A DNA stretch of 61,082 nucleotides, the filler included, from Jimgerdemannia flammicorona (lineage: Eukaryota), in assembly GCA_003990765.1 (NCBI GenBank). It is 3 parts of 3 records of this genome, joined end to end, with 100 filler letters (N's around TTAATTAATTAA, not from the genome) between each part and the next. Parts side by side here need not be neighbours in the genome. Positions count along the whole stretch, not along the records: positions 40,792 to 61,082 come from RBNJ01001716.1; 2 more parts are not named here. One strand, given 5' to 3'. Of this stretch, positions 59,801 to 61,082 are shown piece after piece. Under the pieces are notes generated by a model that ran no database searches, had not been told where the DNA came from, and worked only from the letters and a program-made list of their open reading frames with translations. Numbering within the stretch: position 1 is the stretch's first letter; every line of letters starts with the position of its first letter. A program made the position numbers and the translations under genes.

Positions 59801-61082
59801 CTCAGAACTACTTTAAGTTCTAGAGTAAGCTATTCTCTCCAGAGGCTATCTCAAGACTAACCTCTACCAAAATCTTATAGATCTCCTCCCCTTGCACCAG
59901 AACCCCTAATCCTTCTAGCTCCTTCACTGGGTCTAGGTACTAGTCCTCTAAGTACTGCTCAATGTTCTACACATCCTCACTTCTCTTCTCCTTACTCTAT
60001 ATTAACCCCCACCTCTCACTCAGCTATCTTAAGATACTCTGAGTTTTTACCACCAGCTCACCCTCCTCATTCAATATACCATCCCAGTACTGATATATTC
60101 TCCTCACCAACAAAAACTTTATCAGTCTTTTTCTTTCTCTAGGTCCAGCTATAATGGCCTAACTACTATATCCTGTACTTATATATTCTCCTCTATCTGC
60201 AGAATATATTACAGCTCCTATACCTCTAACTGAGCATACTGAACCCTCTAATCCTCCACTCTCTCATCCTCTAATAGGTTCACTTACTCCTTTAAGAGTC
60301 TCTTCAATCTGCTCAAGGCCCATCTTATATACCCTCTTCTCTGGATACTTTATAGCCTCTCTACCTCTCCTCAAAAACATTGAGCATCTAACTTCAGTCT
60401 CTACAACTAATTGCTAATAGTAAGACCTCCCCTCCTCCAGGCAAGAACCTTGGCCCAATGTTCATCACTCAAGAATCTTATAAAAAGGACTCATTCAGCA
60501 GAGAAGAATTTAAGTTCTAATGTCCAGGCCCCTCTCTATACCCCCCAAACTGCCCTAACCCCATAAGGCCCCAATGATCTGACCAAGAACACTACTCAAC
60601 CTCTAATAACTCTTAAATATTGCCTCTCCAGTACTCAGTAGTTAGGATCCAGTCAATTCTTAAGCCAAGCCCATCTACCCAGTGTATGTATATCTGGTGA
60701 TCACTCAAACTCCATCTACCTATATCCACCAGAGAACCAAGTTGCTCAATTTTCTCTCAGCTATCTAGACCCTCACTTCTCTCTAACAGACTCCTCTCTT
60801 CATCTGTCCTGTCCATCCTCTCATCTTGGACAATATTAAAGTCACCTTCCAGACAGTCAATCCCAGCCATTATCAGCTCTTTTGAGTTTTATAATTCAGT
60901 AATCCAATCAATTCAGGCCCTCCTCTCCACTGGGCAGTAGTAGAACTCTATTACTTTCAGATCTCAGCTCTGTCTCCTCTAAGTCTCCAACACCAGCCTC
61001 TCCCCCCAATGTCTGATATCTACTATTTCCCCCTTCCCTTTATGAATGAGAATGCTGCCCTGTCACACTACTGCCCCCCCCC
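59801..61082 (-). mobile_element. Decayed L1 ORF2 fragment (APE to linker region)
   Basis: The minus strand aligns with the APE/linker region of the other LINEs (GDFNIV, RIDW, SDHWG-like). Confidence 0.75.

Overview
Fungal (eukaryotic) repeat-rich DNA. It is three roughly 20.3-kb contigs joined by artificial N-TTAATTAATTAA-N linkers, so adjacency across 20301-20400 and 40692-40791 is not real. The only host-like genes are a tandemly duplicated Zn(II)2Cys6 gene with a 17-aa repeat (1-5.1 kb). The rest is nested transposons at different stages of C-to-T decay. These include a full-length Ty3/gypsy element with a dUTPase, a separately encoded integrase and an extra 3' ORF; several solo or partial LTRs; two full-length L1/Tx1-type LINEs with TSDs; hAT remnants and MITEs; and a deleted Tc1. 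There are two highlights. First, an 8.1-kb palindromic head-to-head dimer of an endonuclease-less Penelope-like retroelement (20948-29075) folds exactly at a hairpin in its own terminal repeat, lacks a TSD, lies away from telomeric repeats and has a candidate -1 frameshift between ORF1 and the RT. Second, a conserved accessory ORF of unknown function is shared by at least three unrelated LTR families, and in one family it sits inside a ~2-kb solo-LTR-like unit.
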